Source: Lytechinus pictus (lineage: Eukaryota). Taken from it: a stretch of DNA of 64,000 nt. Each line of letters begins with the position of its first letter. Within the stretch, counting starts at the first letter, position 1. The notes below the pieces were generated by a model. That model did not search any database. It worked only from the letters and a program-made list of their open reading frames with translations, and had not been told where the DNA came from. Where the stretch lies: assembly GCF_037042905.1 (NCBI RefSeq), contig NC_087245.1, positions 7,690,001 through 7,754,000 of the forward strand. The letters are read 5' to 3'. A program made the translations under genes and the position numbers. Shown piece after piece: positions 49,768 to 61,192 of this stretch.

Positions 49768-52700
49768 GGCCCGTATTCTGATAGCGTGGTTTAACTTAAC
49801 CCTGGTCTAAGTGTGGTAATAAACTGCCATATTTAAACCTAGGTTTAAGTTTCGTATTCCGATAGCAAGGTTTAAGTTAACCCTGGTCTAAGTGTGGTAA
49901 TAAATCTTCAAAAAGTTAAACTCGCGCTGGGGGTAGTTTAAGCCTGGTTTAAATCCAACAAATCATGGCCAACAATTTTTTTAGAATGTATGCCTATATT
50001 GCATTGCAAGCTACTTCCTCAGTTTTTAACCGATTTTCATGGAATTTGGAACACACATTGTTCTCAAGGTAAGGAGGTGTAAGAATTTTTTTTTTCTTTT
50101 TTGGAAATTGTGTTGCCATGGAAACAGTATATTATGGCAAAAATTTTGCCGTTTAAAATATTTTTATCAGTTTTCTACCAATTCTCAAGAAAGTTGGCTC
50201 ACACATTGGTTTTGAGGTAAAGATGTGCAAGACACATATTTCCATGTGTCGGAAATTGTGTTGCCATGGTAACGGTATATTATGGCAAAAACTATGTATA
50301 AATCTTGCTGTTCCAACTACTTCCTCAGTTTTTAACCAATTCTCATGAAATTTGGCACATACATTAATGTTGAGGTGAAGATGTCCAAGATATATTTTTG
50401 TCTGTATCAGAAATCGTGTTGCCATGGTAACAACATATCAAATAAAGAAAATAAGGTGAGAATTTGGTAGTTCGAACTCCCATCTTTTTTCAGCCAATGC
50501 TCATAAAATTTGGCACACACATTAGTCTTAAGTTGAAGATGTGCAAGACATATTTTTGTATGTATGAGAAATCATGTTGCCATGGTAACAACATATTACA
50601 TAATGAAATTAGGTGAAAATCTGAACTCCTTCATTAGTTTTCAACTAATTCTTATAAAAGTTGGCTCACACATTGGTTTTGAGGTATAGATCTGCAAGAC
50701 ATATATTTGTGTGTGTTGGAAACTGTGTTGCCATGGTGACAGCATATTAAATCAATAAATGTGTAAACACATCTAATGGATTGAACTGCTTCTTCATTTT
50801 ATGACATAGGCCTACATGTATGCTCATGAAATTTAGAACACGAGGTTTTGACTTGAGGTAAAATAATCTGCAAGGCACATTTTCTCATTCATCAAAATAT
50901 GTGTTTGTACGGTAACTACACAAACCAAAATAAGATTAAGACAATGCTAACTGTTGTTTGGCTACACAGAGAACAACATGTAGCTGTAGGCTTAGTACTA
51001 GTTTTAAGGGGGTTGCTAGACCTCTAACTTTAGATCTCGAACTACAGTCCCACTACAGTCCCTAGCTTTAGATCTAGGTCTAGATCCTTTAGATCTAGTA
51101 ATAGAAATAATCCAACGTTAGATCTCCAGCCTACTTTATTTTAAGGCCTAACGTTAGATGATTAGATCTACTGTAGACTAGCCTCGAGACTAGCCAACAT
51201 TTACTTTTTTATTTATTTAGAATCTACATTGAGCATGTTGAGAGTCTACAAATCTCTAGATCTAGACCTATTACATGTATTACATTGATATAGATCTAGT
51301 TCTAGGTCTAGATAGGGTTTAACTTTTAGTCTAAGTTATTTAGTCTAGATCTAGGCCAGCGTTAGAGATTCTAGATCATACAGTAGACTAGATCAGCCAG
51401 TTAGGGCTAGGCTAGAAATCTAGAATGAATATATAGCACAGACTAACGTTAGGCCTAGGCCTAGATCTAAATTCTTACATAAATCTAGGCCAGGCCTAGT
51501 CTAGTCAAGACTTAACCCAGGGAGCTCCCTGGGTTAGTCAAGACTGAGCTGTTGGTCTAGGTTTGGGCCTGTTTTCTAGTCCTGGATCTGGAAACCTAAA
51601 CGAGTCCCCAAAAATGTTTGAATAAAAAACTCTTCAAAGAAACAGATATGGACCTAAAACAGGAGTAGAGAGATGTCTTGGACTAATTCTAAATTTAGCC
51701 AGGCCCAGTTACTTGGCAAGCAATGCAGCGATAATCAGATCTAACACTGTACTGTCTGTAGACAGGAATAACCGTTGTTTCTGGGGATTTATTTTAAAAA
51801 TTCTGACATTTTACTGTCATATAACATTGCCTTGGTGAGAGAGGCCAACGTAGAGTGTCATAATTCAGCGGAACAACCAATACAGAGACTGTTCAAAGCT
51901 TTTTGTCTAAGACAAATCAGATCCATTCCACTAGATCTAGCCTATGCCTAAGGTTACTTTAGAATAGTACTATAATCTATCCCTGTCCCTAAGCTAAGCC
52001 AGCCTAAGTCATGAATGCTGTTCTAGGCCTAGACCAATATTTATCTTCAGTCTTGGTTGCTCCACTAACTCACTAGACTATGTTTTGCTTCAGGAAAGTA
52101 AAAAAAAAATCAAATAGGCCTAGGCCTAACTTAGTTAGTAAAAACTATGTTCAATTCTCCTCCAAACAATTGGGCCTAGGCCAGATCTAACTATAGGCCT
52201 ATTTAGACCCAAGACTACTCTCAAAAGTTATAAAAAATTCCCTTACTTAAAGTTAGAATAAAGACGTCGACCTCTTAGCTTATTGTTTTAGATCTAGGAC
52301 TAGGGTCTAGACTCTAGTCTAGAGTGGTTGAGGGGAATCTATTCAATTTAGATTTTGACAAACATGAAAATAAATAAATGGGACTGATACTCAAAAAACT
52401 GTGCAGGTCACTCGGTTTGGGGTTGAAATGTTTTAGTAATTAACAAAAATAAATATAATTGAAATGAAAATTTCTTACCATATATGGGTGATGAATGCTT
52501 TTCTTTCACTACAATAGTTGTTATTAGTTTCCATAATATCAATTTTTTTAAGAAAAAACGACTTTAGTGCCATTTTTTCAACTTTGTTGCAATCACCCCT
52601 GCAGCAGTAATTTAACAAAAAGGTGCTAGTCTTGGTTAAAAGAGGGTTATTATTTTCAAAAAGAATTTTAAACCCGGGTTTAACCCAGGTTTAGTTAAAC

Positions 52701-52827
52701 CCGGCTATCAGAATACCAAAATAATTAAACTACACTTGGACCAGAGGTGAGGTTTAGAGGAGGTTTAATTAAACTAGGGTTAACTTTAGACTAGGGTTAA
52801 ATTAAACCTGCTATCAGAATACGGGCC
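49768..52827. mobile_element. Harbinger/ISL2EU-like non-autonomous element nested in the CACTA element
   Basis: Perfect 18-bp TIR GGCCCGTATTCTGATAGC / GCTATCAGAATACGGGCC, repeated subterminally; flanks AAT/CAT; splits a tandem repeat that resumes after 52830. Confidence 0.8.
50000..50930. repeat. ~150-158-bp diverged tandem repeat whose units carry GTTGCCATGG(T/A)AAC-type motifs
   Basis: Motif at 50112, 50260, 50418, 50576 and 50727. Confidence 0.85.
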
Positions 52828-53029
52828 CATGTGTTTAAACAAATAAATTTCACAAATTGACCTTTGACCTACATATTCCAAAATCCATTCAAATCGTCTT
52901 CCTAATGATGGTACATGTTAAACACCAAGTTTTTACATCCATACCTCAAGCTGTTTAGGTGATATTGCTTTGACAAGAAAATAACCTGAATTTTACATAC
53001 AAGGACCACATATGAAGTTCACACCTTAC

Positions 53030-54435
53030 GCAGTCTTGAATAAATTAAGTTTATGAGCAAGTTTGGATAATCCATGTGGAGTTAGAAGTTTCCAATACAT
53101 TCTGTAAATCACTGTAATAGGGAAACATTGAGTAAGCAACTCTATCAACGTCCGTCAGCATTCAATCAATCTCGGGATATTCAGTATATTTCAAAATCTG
53201 GTGAGAAAACTCTGCATAGATTACCTGATCCTCATCAAAGAGCCAAGGATACTTCAGTCGGTCATCAGTGATCCTTGGCCGAGGGACAGAATTTATGATC
53301 CATGCCCTTCTGTCTGCCAGTGTCTTCTGCATGCAGAACTCAACTCTCTTGAAGTCTGGCTGCCTTTTTTTCAGTGCTCATCCACTCTATGTGCCTTGCA
53401 ACAGTGTCAGATTTGGAAAGAATAAAAAATTATACTTAAAAAAAGAAAAAACAAAGAATAAAAAATTATACTTAAAAAAGAAAAAACAAATAGATTTAGA
53501 ATCCTCATTCATTTAGTTTCTGTCAAATCACTTTTCATCCGAGTCCTTAATAGATATTTACAGCAAATTTTACTATAATAGCAAGTTTTATGCAACGACA
53601 CGCCAGTCTTGTTGCCAAAGACAAGAACAGAAAAGCTCCACTTGGTCACACTTTGCGACTATCTGTCACAAACACACTGTACCAGTTAACATTTGGTGAA
53701 AGACATGCATAGCAGAACCATATACATGCGAGTTAGACTAAAAAATTAACTTTAGGTAAAATCTAACAGAGAAATGCATTACAAAATGTCACAACAATGT
53801 AGCCACTGTAAGATTCCTGCATCAATAGTGATACTCAAACATTAGTAAGTTATAATGCAAGAAATATTCTCATATTTTATGCATTTACTCACATTTACTT
53901 AATTCATCAACTCTTAAGGTGCCCCATACACGTTTAAAGCGTTTTTACTGGCCAAGTTCTAATTCTCTTTAATAATCCTTCTGGTTGAGTCTCATATATA
54001 ACTATGTCATGTGAAAAAGAGAAATGCCTTTAAGTTTGGCCATTATCAAGTAAAATATTTATCTAGAAGGATGAATCAATTGCCAAAGAAATTAAATGGC
54101 ATGCACTTGGGCAAGACTATGGCACATTGAGAGTTAATTGGGGTTTCTGTTTGGTACCAGATACTTACTCTCCACCATTCACCAGTTGCTGTGCACCGAG
54201 GACCACAGGTAGTTTGTAATTTTTACTCTCAATGGCCCTGTCACAAGTTCGTCCTCTTCCATGTCTGCAAAATCGTAGAATTTGTCTTGCCATGTCTGCA
54301 GGAAAAATATCTTCTTCTTTCACTCCAAATGTTGTGCACACCACCCTAAGCAGCTCCTGTTTTGAGGTCTCCTCTAACTTGTTGGTTACCAACACCCTTC
54401 TTTGATTTTGGCCATATATCAATAAAAATTTGTAC
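53030..54435 (-). pseudogene. Decayed, spliced SAMD3-like accessory gene of the CACTA element
   Basis: Exon 54169-54435 (CAG acceptor, GTAAGT donor) reads YKFLLIYGQNQRRVL...FGVKEEDIF then, after a frameshift, LQTWQDKFYDFADMEEDELVTGPLRVKI. Exon ending at 53225 reads QPDFKRVEFCMQKTLADRRAWIINSVPRPRITDDRLKYPWLFDEDQ. Resemblance to SAMD3-like proteins judged by eye. Confidence 0.55.
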
Positions 54436-54689
54436 CTGGAATGAAAAGTAATTGATTTTCTTACTAAACCTGAATTTTGAATAAATAATGTATGCAAAGA
54501 GCTTTCAGGATAAATGTGTGTAATCAAAAGATATTGCATGTACATGGACACAAATATTCAGCTTTTGCCTCGATGCAAGAGGCAAACAAGACATATTCCA
54601 ATGTTTGTCTGGGTTTGGTGATACATATTCCATTCATTTATCTTTTTTTCTAGTATTAGTTTCCTGTCTTCGAATATTAGTAAAATTGA

Positions 54690-55282
54690 AGGGATGGTCC
54701 AGGCTGGAAATATTTATATCTCAATAAATAGAAGAAAATTTACAGAGCAAAATGCTAAAAATTTAATCAAAATCGAATAACAAATAAAGTTTTTGAATTT
54801 CAAATGATATTATTCCGGTGAAACAGTTCTAGGCATGTCTTTATGAATATTCATTAGGTTGGCTGGTGATGTCATATCCCCACATGTTCTTTTGTGTTTT
54901 ATTATGTGAAATTTGGTTTAATAAAAAAAATTGCTACCAAGAACTAAAACAATTGGATTGACAACTGATTAAGTGGACTAGTTATTTATTGCCTCAACTT
55001 ATTTCATCATAATGGAGACACATCATTTACACATGTATGAAAAAATGAAAAATTTACGATGTCATGTAATGACATAAGAAAAAATTGAAATGTGACATCA
55101 TCAGCCCACCTATTGAATATTCATGATGATGTGCATATTCCAAAAAATATTGATAAACTTTGAAAATCAATAACTTTGTTATTTGATATCCAAGTTTGAT
55201 GAAATTTTCAGCATTTTACTCTGTGAATTTTACTCCATTTATATACTTTTAGATATAAATATTTTCAGCCTGGACCATCCCT
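54690..55282. mobile_element. Kolobok-like MITE, second family
   Basis: TT(G)A|AGGGATGGTCCAGGCTG ... CAGCCTGGACCATCCCT|TTAA. Confidence 0.8.
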
Positions 55283-57449
55283 TTAACTTCCCGCTACCAG
55301 GAAAGAAAATTGTATTGTAGTCTATTAAAAATTTTGATTTGAAATTAAGATACAGTACTATTACGACACAACGGTCCAGCGATGGTATTTCCATTTTTCA
55401 TCACATGAAAATTCATTCATTTCATAATAACCAACCATACTTAAAATTCATACAAATTTCAGACAATTCCACTATTAGTGACACATATGGAACAACACTT
55501 CCTAAATTAATAACTTAACCCATTTGTGACGAAATTCCACATTACGTGGTTTGGCCTCGGATTTTTCATGAATAGTTGTAGGGCCTATATGAAAATACCA
55601 AGGAGACTCGAAAGTAAACACTAGAACTATTGGCATTACTTTTCTTTTGGTAACAATCATCGCCGCTATGGCTAGGAAAATGCGCATATCTTTCAGTTGT
55701 GTACAACTGTGTAGATCTACTATCGTAATGTGCATGCATGCTGTAGAAATCGTCGAAACAAGGAGCCAGCCACGTTCCCACAACCACACTCTGAACTTAC
55801 CCAAAAAAAAAACAGATTTTCACATGGAAAAACATATAGGCCTACAGACATATGAATTGTACTCCCGCTTAAAAATAAAGGATTTATTAAAACATACTAC
55901 TTTGCAGCTAGCTGATCCATTGATCAAGTATTACTACTAATTGAATGAGGACTAATTAACCCGCAGTAGCAGAGTCTGTAGCCTATGCCTAGAGACTAGA
56001 CCCATCAAAAAAAAAGAATACAGATCAGTGGACTGAATGCTGTTGCCGTTCAAAAGTATAACATTAATTAGGACCACCGACACCGTACTCTAACCGTTAA
56101 CGTAAACTTTAAAAAGTTAAAGTATAGATCTAGATCTAGACCCTAGTCGATAGTCTAACGTTAATTAAGCCAGTAGGAGATCTAGTACAAAATTTTTCTT
56201 CATACTCAATGGCAGCCAACAAGTTTTTTTTTCAGGTAGGCCAAGCGCTAGCCTAAGTTAGGCCTAGGCTAGGGCCGGGACTAGGCTATGAGTACGACGT
56301 GTTCCACCATAATAATAAATCTAGTCCAAAGGCAAAGTCCAAGGCAAGCTCAAGCCTATAAATTATAATATATAGCCATAAATAACTTTTAGGCCCTACA
56401 TGTAGCCAGCCCCAATGCCTGGCTTCAACTTCAAGTTGAAGTCAGAATACATTTCTAGACCCATGCAACACTCCTAATCAAAATAAATGCAGCAACATTA
56501 CAGACTAAGGGCAAGGCAAACTCTTGAAATAATCCACTGCACTGACAGTGACACTGCCTGCTGCAGAGTGCAGTACCGTACGGTTCTACTCGGGCTTGGT
56601 ACGGTACGCGCACAATCCGCCGAGTGTTCAATTTCCGAGTCATGCAAGGCCAAGGAGGTGCCAGGAGTGGACTAATTCACGAGAATGCCCAACAGATTAC
56701 TGATTAGATAAGCTTACTTACCGTTAACTATCTCCTGACAGTTCCATAATTTGTCTGTTCTCCTATAGTTTCAGTTAAAAAATTAGTTGAATGCAGTTAA
56801 TTGCCTGAATTTCATGAACTTGAAGCTTAGCTAGCCCTTGGCCTTCGAAGCATTAAGCTGATTGTATCTGCACGGCCGGCGTACGTGTGTGTGTGCATTT
56901 GTCTATGGTGTGTATAGCATACATGTGCGGGTTGTGCGTTACACATGTGGTACTCGGTGGTACTACTAGTACATCGACGCGCATAAAAAAAGGGCGCGAA
57001 AATGAGCGGGAGGGGTGGGGGGGGGGGGCAGGCGGGGAATGCGCGAAATTCGTGTTGAACACAATTATAAAGTAGACAGGTTCAAAATGACAAATGATAT
57101 ATATATACGTATAGACAGACAATGTTTAGTGACTGGGCAGACATATTTTGAAATTATACAAAAAGATAATATAGTCCTATTAAAAAAAAAAAAAAAACAC
57201 CAGCGGCCACCCCCGGCCCGACTACCTTCAAGATCAACAACAACGGCCCTGCTTAGTTAGTAATTCAGGTCGCAGGCCTTTATAATTTTAGTCATGCCTT
57301 TGGATGGCCGAAAGTTAGTTAGTCAGAAACCACAAATGGTGTTAGTCAAGCCTGTCTTTTTACGAAATACGAGTAATGAAAAACCTCTCGTTAGTCCACA
57401 GCTGAGTTAGTCGTGACAAGCTTTATAGGCCCAGACTAACAAAGTTAGT

Positions 57450-60060
57450 ACCTTGGTAAAACGGGAATTTAATCATGCTTTTTGTAACCAATGTTTTTAC
57501 ACTTTCATTAAACCACGGTTAAAACCATGGTTATATAACAATCATTTTCAAACTATCATAAAACCATGGTTAAAATCATGGTGTATAACCGTCGTTTTCA
57601 ACCTTGGTAAAACGCAAATTTAACCATGGTTTTGTAACCACTGTTTTTACACTCTCATTAAACCACGGTTAAAACCATGGTTATATAACCATCATTTTCA
57701 AACTATCTTAAAACCATGGTTAAAATCATGGTTTATAACCGTCGTTTTCAACCTTGCTAAGACGAATGTTTAACCATGGTTTTGTAACCACTGTTTTGAC
57801 ACTTTCATTAAACCACGGTTAAAACCATGGTTATATAACCATAATTTTCAAACTATCATAAAGCCATGGTTAAAATCATGGTGTATAACCGTCGTTTTCA
57901 ACCATGGTAAAACGGAAATTTAACCATGGTATTGTAACCACTGTTTTTACACTTTCATAAAACCACGGTTAAAACCATGGTTATATAACCATAATTTTCA
58001 AACTATTATAAAACCATGGTTAAAATCATGGTGTATAACCATCGTTTTCAACCATGGTAAAACGGAAATTTAACCATGGTATTGTAACCACTGTTTTTAC
58101 ACTTTCATTGAACCACGGATAAAACCATGGTTATATAACAATCATTTTCAAACTATCATAAAACAATGGTTAAAATCATGGTGTATCACCATCGTTTTCA
58201 ACAATGGTAAAACGGAAATTTAACCATGGTATTGTAACCACTGTTTTTACACTTTCATTAAACCACGGTTAAAACCATGGTTATATAACCATCATTTTCA
58301 AACTATCATAAAACCATGGTTAAAATCATGGTGTATAACCGTCGTTTTCAACCTTGGTGAAACGGAAATTTAACCATGGTTTTGTAACCACTGTTTTTAC
58401 ACTTTCATTAAACCACGGTTAAAACCATGGTTATATAACAATCATTTTCAAACTATCATAAAACCATGGTTAAAATCATGGTGTATAACCGTCGTTTTCA
58501 ACCTTGGTAAAACGCAAATTTAACCATGGTTTTGTAACCACTGTTTTTACACTCTCATTAAACCACGGTTAAAACCATGGTTATATAACCATCATTTTCA
58601 AACTATCTTAAAACCATGGTTAAAATCATGGTTTATAACCGTCGTTTTCAACCTTGCTAAGACGAATGTTTAACCATGGTTTTGTAACCACTGTTTTGAC
58701 ACTTTCATTAAACCACGGTTAAAACCATGGTTATATAACCATAATTTTCAAACTATCATAAAACCATGGTTAAAATCATGGTGTATAACCGTCGTTTTCA
58801 ACCATGGTAAAACGGAAATTTAACCATGGTATTGTAACCACTGTTTTTACACTTTCATAAAACCACGGTTAAAACCATGGTTATATAACCATAATTTTCA
58901 AACTATTATAAAACCATGGTTAAAATCATGGTGTATAACCATCGTTTTCAACCATGGTAAAACGGAAATTTAACCATGGTTTTGTAACCACTGTTTTTAC
59001 ACTTTCATTAAACCACGGTTAAAACCATGGTTATATAACCATCGTTTTCAAACTATCTTAAAACCATGGTTAAAATTTTGGTTTATAACCGTTGTTTTCA
59101 ACCTTGCTAAGACGAATGTTTAACCATGGTCTTGTAACCAATGTTTTTACACTTTCATTAAACCACGGTTAAAACCATGGTTATATATAACAATCATTTT
59201 CAAACTATCATAAAACCATGGTTAAAATCATGGTGTATAACCGTCGTTTTCAACCTTGGTAAAACGGAAATTTAACCATGATTTTGTAACCACTGTTTTT
59301 ACACTTTCATTAAACCACGGTTAAAACCATAATTATATAACCATCATTTTCAAACTATCATAAAACCATGGTTAAAATCATGGTGTATAACCGTCGTTTT
59401 CAACCATGGTAAAACGGAAATTTAACCATGGTATTGTAACCACTGTTTTTACACTTTCATTAAACCACGGTTAAAACCATGGTTATATAACCATCATTTT
59501 CAAACTATCATAAAACCATGGTTAAAATCATGGTGTATAACCGACGTTTTCAACCATGGTAAAACAGAAATTTAACCATGGTATTGTAACCACTGTTTTT
59601 ACACTTTCATTAAACCACGGTTAAAACCATGGTTATATAACCATCATTTTCAAACAATCTTAAAACCATGGTTAAAATCATGGTGTATAACCGTCGTTTT
59701 CAACCTTGGTGAAACGGAAATTTAACCATGGTTTTGTAACCACTGTTTTGACACTCTCATTAAACCACGGTTAAAACCATGGTTATATAACCATCATTTT
59801 CAAACTATCTTAAAACCATGGTTAAAATCATGGTGTATAACCGTCGTTTTCAACCTTGGTGAAACGGAAATTTAACCATGGTTTTGTAACCACTGTTTTT
59901 ACACTCTCATTAAACCACGGTTAAAACCATGGTTATATAACCATCATTTTCAAACTATCTTAAAACCATGGTTAAAATCATGGTGTATAACCGTCGTTTT
60001 CAACCTTGGTAAAACGGAATTTTAACCATGGTATTATAAATACTGTTTTTATGCTATCAT
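57450..60060. repeat. Right subterminal tandem array, 150-bp period (~17 units; 3 x 50-bp subunits; partial 900-bp higher-order repeat)
   Basis: Lines recur every 300 bp; diagnostic variants AACGCAAATT (57611, 58511) and ACCTTGCTAAGACGAATG (57751, 58651) recur 900 bp apart. Confidence 0.95.
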
Positions 60061-61014
60061 AAAACCATGGTTTAAATCATGGTTTTATAACATTGATTTC
60101 CAACCTTAGTAGAACGGGAGTTAAACCAAGGTTTCCTAACCATTGTTTTTATACTACTGTGAAACCATGGTTACAACCATGGTTAAATTACTATGGTTTT
60201 TTTCACCAAAGTAGAACGATGATTTTGTCATGGTTTTATAACTATTGTTTTTTAACTTTCTTAAAACTGTGGTATAATGATGGTTTTAATAACCATGGTT
60301 TTAAAATCGTCATAAAATGACATTTTTATCATGTTATTATAACTATGGTATTTTAACAATGGTATTACCACACTTCCGCCACACATTTACCTTGGTTATG
60401 AATTTAAAACCATGGACTACCATCGATCCATTGTAAAACCGCCCCTAACCATGGTTATACCATGATTACGGTTGTAAAACCATGGTTTTTTTTTATAAGG
60501 GAGATGACGATTATGATGGCAAAATTCATCATGACATGCAATTATTTTAGCCCTAAAATATCCCCGGACTATATATAGCAAAAGAGTGATAATTTCTCTA
60601 TTTACTTCTGAATTCACTGTATCCAAAAGATGCCACTTAGATAATTTCATGGGTAATTATATGTAATGATAGTAATTCTATAGCTACAACTGCTGTGAAA
60701 CTGTCAAACCAAACTGAGAGAACCCGGCAAGTGCCACGAACAATGTACAACGGTTTAGTTCGCGTCTACTCTCACCGCTTTTACGACCGACCCGGCTCAG
60801 ATCCGACGACACTCTACTCTGGAGCTCTGCCCAACAGTGTATACATGTAATGCCGTGTGTCAGTTCGGTGTGTATTTACTATGTATACGATCACGACCAG
60901 CCAGCTAGCCGTATACCGTACGGACGATAATCGTACAGCTTTGAGAGGCTGTGTTGTTATTGAGGTTGCACGGATATAGTCGGGCAACATTGCCTGTTAC
61001 TAAATTTTCACAAG

Positions 61015-61192
61015 ATGGCCACACCGGCAACTTCGTTTTTTGGTCGTCAAGTGGACTTGAATCCCGTAAGAGACAGTGGGATGGATGCACATGGCCACAC
61101 ATTTGTGAAAAAGACTTTTCATAAGCCAACATTTTGTCACCATTGTACGGATATGTTGTGGGGATTCATTGGACAGGGTTACATATGCGAAG
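61015..61192 (+). CDS. DGKQ: Diacylglycerol kinase theta-like, first coding exon (start of the first C1 domain); gene continues beyond the window
   Basis: AAGATGG start; HGHTFVKKTFHKPTFCHHCTDMLWGFIGQGYICE resembles the invertebrate DGK-theta C1a; donor G|GTACGT at 61193. No second exon recognised. Confidence 0.8.

Larger units (their letters stand above)
43897..60501. mobile_element. 16.6-kb CACTA/EnSpm-type DNA transposon (CCC termini), apparently non-autonomous or decayed
   Basis: 25-bp TIR CCCTT(G/A)TAAAAAAAAACCATGGTTT with one mismatch; AG on both flanks (43895-43896, 60502-60503); long subterminal arrays built on the TIR motif. Confidence 0.82.

Noticed and set aside
44030..60060. Regular arrays resembling CRISPR
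   Set aside because: No unique spacers and no cas genes; eukaryotic tandem repeats.
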